NCBI GenBank assembly: GCA_030603385.1
Contig: JAUVXW010000016.1
Location: forward strand, 15,228 to 79,227
Length of the DNA: 64,000 nucleotides
Source: Promethearchaeota archaeon
GTDB taxonomy: Archaea; Asgardarchaeota; Lokiarchaeia; Sigyniarchaeales; SOKP01
Direction: 5' to 3'
In this document: positions 61,737 to 64,000 of the stretch, one piece after another
Layout of the letters: each line of letters begins with the position of its first letter
Numbering within the stretch: the first letter of the stretch is position 1
The notes under the pieces: generated by a model
The model's database searches: none
What the model was told of the DNA's origin: nothing
What the model saw: only the letters and a program-made list of their open reading frames with translations
Position numbers and translations under genes: made by a program

Positions 61737-62039
61737 TTGAGAAAACAGACAGGAAATAAATTTAAATTAAAAAAGAAGTTGAATGAATTGGAAATTAGAG
61801 CGATATGTCATAATGGAAAAATCGAGAAAAGAATACATTTTATAAATGGAAGAATTAAACAACTTCTTTATCATAGATGTAAAGAGCTTATAATTTGCAG
61901 AAACACTTTACTTGAACGTGATCCTGTGGTTTCTATATATCCATCACCAAAAACGTTAATTGGGAGATTTAAATCTATGATGTTCAAGAGATATAAAGAA
62001 AAAGAGTTAGATTGGGATGATATATTTAGATTTAGTTAA
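61737..62039 (+). CDS. Hypothetical protein
   Basis: ORF in a co-oriented run; start uncertain. Confidence 0.45.
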   Translation: MRKQTGNKFKLKKKLNELEIRAICHNGKIEKRIHFINGRIKQLLYHRCKELIICRNTLLERDPVVSIYPSPKTLIGRFKSMMFKRYKEKELDWDDIFRFS

Positions 62040-62056
62040 AAAAAGGGTTTAATAGA

Positions 62057-62167
62057 ATGAACTATATAGAACAGATTTTAGTAGTAATGTTTTTATTTGC
62101 TATAATTATCGAGAATTACCTTATATATCATTACCTAAAGAAGTTTTGGGAGTTTTTAAGAGAGTAA
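62057..62167 (+). CDS. Single-TM micropeptide (36 aa)
   Basis: MNYIEQILVVMFLFAIIIENYLIYHYLKKFWEFLRE; stop is 1 nt from the next ATG. Confidence 0.45.
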   Translation: MNYIEQILVVMFLFAIIIENYLIYHYLKKFWEFLRE

Positions 62168-62168
62168 A

Positions 62169-62288
62169 ATGGTTCTATGTGATAATTGTTTGAATAAAGA
62201 TTGTTGTGAATTTGCTTATGATGAAGAGCATCAAGAAAATTGCTCAGATTTCAAAACCGATGAGTATTTTGTAAGAATGATGTTTTAA
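62169..62288 (+). CDS. Cys-rich mini-protein (39 aa)
   Basis: MVLCDNCLNKDCCEFAYDEEHQENCSDFK...; CxxC-x4-C...C pattern. Confidence 0.5.
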   Translation: MVLCDNCLNKDCCEFAYDEEHQENCSDFKTDEYFVRMMF

Positions 62289-62364
62289 TTAGTTTTTATT
62301 GTAAGTGTGTTTAGGTTTCCTGAGCACCAATAAGAATAAATTTAAATAAAAAGAGGTTTAAAAA

Positions 62365-62616
62365 ATGAAATATAAAGATTTAAAATATGTAAGAAGAATA
62401 GTTCAAATTTTTGCGATAGTTAGTATCATTTTAGTATTGCCGTGGTTTTTGTTTTTCTTAGTTGATCCAAATATTCTTATTCCTGAATATAGCTACGATA
62501 AATATTCACTACTTTATATAAACTATTCGATATTATTTTGCTTCTTATTTATAATAATTATAGTGACTAATGCTGGAGTTAAAAGATACTATAATTTAAA
62601 GAAAAAAGAGGTTTAA
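62365..62616 (+). CDS. Small 2-TM membrane protein
   Basis: Two hydrophobic helices with basic termini; GAGG RBS. Confidence 0.7.
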   Translation: MKYKDLKYVRRIVQIFAIVSIILVLPWFLFFLVDPNILIPEYSYDKYSLLYINYSILFCFLFIIIIVTNAGVKRYYNLKKKEV

Positions 62617-62620
62617 AATA

Positions 62621-63250
62621 TTGGAATTAAGCAAGAAAAGATATATATTGATTAGAAAAATCATAAAAATTGTTATTATTTTGTTTTGGATTTTTACTTT
62701 TATTACACCATTCCTTATACATGTTTCTACATCACAATACGATGTGGTAGATGAACACACATTCATATGTTGGGGTCGTGGATTTATAGGTGGTATATCT
62801 CCATATCATTCATTACATTTGTTATTATTTGTTCTATTTTTAATAGGATTTTTCCTTAGTTTTGGAAATGTAAAAACAAATTATAAAAATCGGATAATCA
62901 ATAGAAACATTGGAAATATTAGTGGAATAATTGTTTTAATAAGTGGAATAGGAATGAGTATATCAATCCAATTTATATTTGTTGGAATAGATGTTTTAGA
63001 TGGTTATGAAACAAAAGATGGAGTGGGAATGTATTTTCCAATAATAATAGCAATTCTTGTTTTTGGTGAAACATTCTTTTTAAACAGAGTCAAGATTATG
63101 GAAGCAGAGATTGTTAAAGAAGAACCGATTGAAGTACAAGAAAGAGAAGTGAAGGAAATCTCTGGAAAACTTTATTGCTCTTCCTGTGGTGCTGAAATTT
63201 TAGATAAAACTGGAGATTTCTGTTCTAAATGTGGATCACCTTTAAAATAA
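62621..63250 (+). CDS. 4-TM membrane protein with C-terminal zinc ribbon, paralog 3
   Basis: Nearly identical to paralog 1 except in the two predicted outer loops. Confidence 0.85.
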   Translation: MELSKKRYILIRKIIKIVIILFWIFTFITPFLIHVSTSQYDVVDEHTFICWGRGFIGGISPYHSLHLLLFVLFLIGFFLSFGNVKTNYKNRIINRNIGNISGIIVLISGIGMSISIQFIFVGIDVLDGYETKDGVGMYFPIIIAILVFGETFFLNRVKIMEAEIVKEEPIEVQEREVKEISGKLYCSSCGAEILDKTGDFCSKCGSPLK

Positions 63251-63293
63251 TTTATCTTCTTTTTTATTGTCAGACTGGAAATAAAAATAGGAT

Positions 63294-63402
63294 ATTTATC
63301 GGTTTAATTACTTTTGATTCTTTTTTTTTCCCCTTTTTCTACAAAAATTAATTAAAATTGATTATTTTCGACATTGAAGTAAAGACTTAAATATTTGATT
63401 GG
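63294..63402 (+). repeat. Element Y copy 3
   Basis: Near-identical to 57839..57946; the shared sequence extends back through the 3' end of the TM gene. Confidence 0.85.
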
Positions 63403-63890
63403 GGTTATAAAAATAGGGAAATTTATTCAAAGATAATTTGAGTTAAACATTGGATTTCGCCCTCTATTAAATTCTATTGAGTTTAATCTCTCCCTGATTT
63501 TTTTTATAATTGCTCATATTTCTTTTCCCTTCTCTTTAGGTAAGAATTTAGGATCGATCCAATTAGAAAAATCATAATCATTATATTTTAAAAATTGTAA
63601 TTTTTCAAGGAGTAAACATTCTTTTGAATAGAGTTCGAACAATATTTTTTATTTTCATATTAATTTTGAGTGTAATTTATCATAATTTTCAATTTGTAAT
63701 ATTGAACCTTTTTATCGTTATAATTAATCTTTTCTCTATTTTTGGATGTTTCAATTTTACCACAAAAATCCTATTAAAGTATCAAAAAGAGCCATTATTT
63801 CTTAAAAAAAGAGAAGATTTAAATTTTTTGTCGGTATGATAAGAATGAATAATATTAAAATATTAAAAAAGACATAAATGAGGAATAAAA

Positions 63891-64000
63891 ATGATTTTTC
63901 AAGAGACTATTTTTACAATTTCATGGCTAAGTGTAATTATTATAATAGTCATTATTTATGTAATAGCAATAGCTTTAGCTGTATGGGTTTACAACGATGC
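63891..64000 (+). CDS. Membrane protein, partial (runs off the window)
   Basis: MIFQETIFTISWLSVIIIIVIIYVIAIALAVWVYNDA (WVYxDA motif); GAGG RBS; follows a TTTTGTCGG site. Confidence 0.6.
   Translation, partial: MIFQETIFTISWLSVIIIIVIIYVIAIALAVWVYND

Larger units (their letters stand above)
44650..64000. mobile_element. Integrated mobile genetic element (left edge between ftcD and the integrase; right end beyond the window)
   Basis: Abrupt switch from core genes to an integrase, many tiny ORFs, RHH regulators, a ParB-like protein, a DNA MTase remnant, candidate defence genes and dispersed repeats. The att site was not identified. Confidence 0.85.

Noticed and set aside
50060-63250. Diversity-generating retroelement behind the variable TM paralogs
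   Set aside because: No reverse transcriptase in the window; the differences include indels and are not adenine-specific; the 3' ends are the conserved part.
49887-63834. CRISPR array or canonical integron
   Set aside because: Repeat spacing is irregular (100 bp to several kb) and no cas genes are present. The sites lack RYYYAAC/GTTRRRY cores, and I see no IntI-specific insertion in the integrase.
63624-63839. 71-aa + strand ORF
   Set aside because: Low-complexity, no RBS, and it runs through a repeated site. Two short coupled minus-strand ORFs in 63430-63645 are as plausible, but neither is supportable.

Overview
Very AT-rich archaeal DNA, most consistent with an Asgard archaeon (Lokiarchaeia-like). 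This is inferred from archaeal-type PheRS, TyrRS and PPAT, DUF1512, AOR, a Vps29-like phosphoesterase and a long LRR protein. The window has three parts. (1) 1-15.6 kb: a surface-glycan locus (wecB, flippase, GT2/GT4, gmd, several SAM methyltransferases, an AAC(3)-family acetyltransferase) with several pseudogene fragments. (2) 15.6-44.6 kb: core and metabolic genes (bacterial-type rph, pheS-pheT-pheA, coaD, aor, acyl-CoA ligases, SCP2 proteins, ppdK, tyrS, Fe-ADH, LRR protein, hutUHI plus ftcD). (3) ~44.7 kb to beyond the window end: an integrated mobile element headed by a tyrosine integrase. Its cargo is built from three diverged copies of one module: an RHH-like gene, a hairpin-containing element X, a 4-TM zinc-ribbon gene with hypervariable outer loops, and element Y. 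About 13 co-oriented copies of an AAGTAAAGATTTAAATTTTGTCGG-type site punctuate the region and bracket the cargo, including an ATPase-PIN candidate defence pair. This cassette-like array is the main candidate for an undescribed system. Several genes appear to start at ATT/ATA behind an AGGTG ribosome-binding site. No tRNA, rRNA or CRISPR array was recognised. All family calls are motif recognition by eye; no database search was run.
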